Shown one piece after another: positions 63,538 to 64,000 of a stretch of 64,000 nt of DNA. The translations under genes and the position numbers were made by a program. Numbering within the stretch: position 1 is the first letter of the stretch; each line of letters starts with the position of its first letter. The notes beneath the pieces are model-generated. The model ran no database searches. It was not told the DNA's origin and saw only the letters and a list, made by a program, of their open reading frames with translations. The stretch is from an uncultured Bacilli bacterium (GTDB lineage: Bacteria; Bacillota_I; Bacilli_A; RF39; UBA660): contig CAKOUW010000001.1 of the NCBI GenBank assembly GCA_934120715.1, forward strand, positions 262,599-326,598. Direction: 5' to 3'.

Positions 63538-63864
63538 TTAACTGTTAAAAATTATTGTCATTTTTTTATACTTTTGCGCTCCTAAATCTTCCTGAGCAGT
63601 TTCTCGATAATCATCTTGTTTATCATCATCAAGTTGTTGCATATAGTAGTTAATTCCATCTATGAATGATTGGCTATCGTTTCTCAATTGCTTTGAGCCA
63701 AATTTTCCATTAAGATGTAATTTATTAGCAATATATCCCTCTGCAAATCCTGTTATTGGAGTGTTCGCACTTGGGTTTGAATATTGATTGCTTCTATATC
63801 TATCACAATTTCTATATCTATCACAATATCCAACACCATCTAAATACGCGTCACTTGTTTCCAT
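63538..63864 (-). CDS. hypothetical protein with tandem CDRYRN repeat; an open frame continues upstream towards the window end, so the gene may start beyond 63864
   Basis: ORF. Contains an 18-bp tandem DNA repeat. Confidence 0.3.
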   Translation of the reverse strand: METSDAYLDGVGYCDRYRNCDRYRSNQYSNPSANTPITGFAEGYIANKLHLNGKFGSKQLRNDSQSFIDGINYYMQQLDDDKQDDYRETAQEDLGAQKYKKMTIIFNS

Positions 63865-64000
63865 AAAACATTTGGTTTGATTTCCTTCGTTTATAGCAAA
63901 TCCTTCTATAAATTCAGCTAGTGCTATATTTATACTTCTCTCCTCACCATCGCATGTAGAAAAATTATCTGAATATCCTTTGTCACGCTGTGCTTCAAAA

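Overview
This is a very AT-rich window (roughly 25-28% GC by eye). It looks like chromosome from an endospore-forming, low-GC Firmicute (Clostridia-like). All calls below are read by eye from the raw sequence and the ORF track; no database or structure searches were run, so family assignments rest on remembered motifs.

Most of the window is core genome, mainly on the minus strand:
- An ABC exporter pair with a TetR-family repressor upstream.
- A YfhO-family membrane protein.
- spoIIGA-sigE, spoIVB, xseA-xseB, nusB and mutS.
- A GH25 muramidase and a GluRS-family gltX with a tRNA-Gln(CUG) directly upstream.
- A spore cortex/coat-like cluster (PG-binding protein, LysM protein).
- spoIIP-gpr, rpsT, miaA-mutL, uvrC, tkt and hisS, which appears to be controlled by a His-codon leader peptide plus terminator.
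- cutA and eight tRNA genes.

The accessory part is a roughly 7.7-kb island at about 35.2-42.9 kb, abutting tRNA-Thr(GGU):
- It carries a large serine recombinase, a MobM/Pre-type relaxase with oriT-like inverted repeats, and a three-gene cargo operon.
- The cargo operon has an SPL/photolyase-like radical-SAM homolog whose Cys triad is CX3CX3C rather than CX3CX2C, a 381-aa partner protein and a 300-aa unknown.
- This cargo operon is the best candidate for an undescribed system.

Other notable structure:
- A roughly 330-bp inverted-repeat pair, about 95% identical, brackets 22 kb of core genes, and a third partial copy sits between them.
- A short tRNA-flank repeat family is present in four copies.
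- There is a 77-aa Cys-rich acidic protein next to a roughly 250-bp stretch of almost pure A/T.
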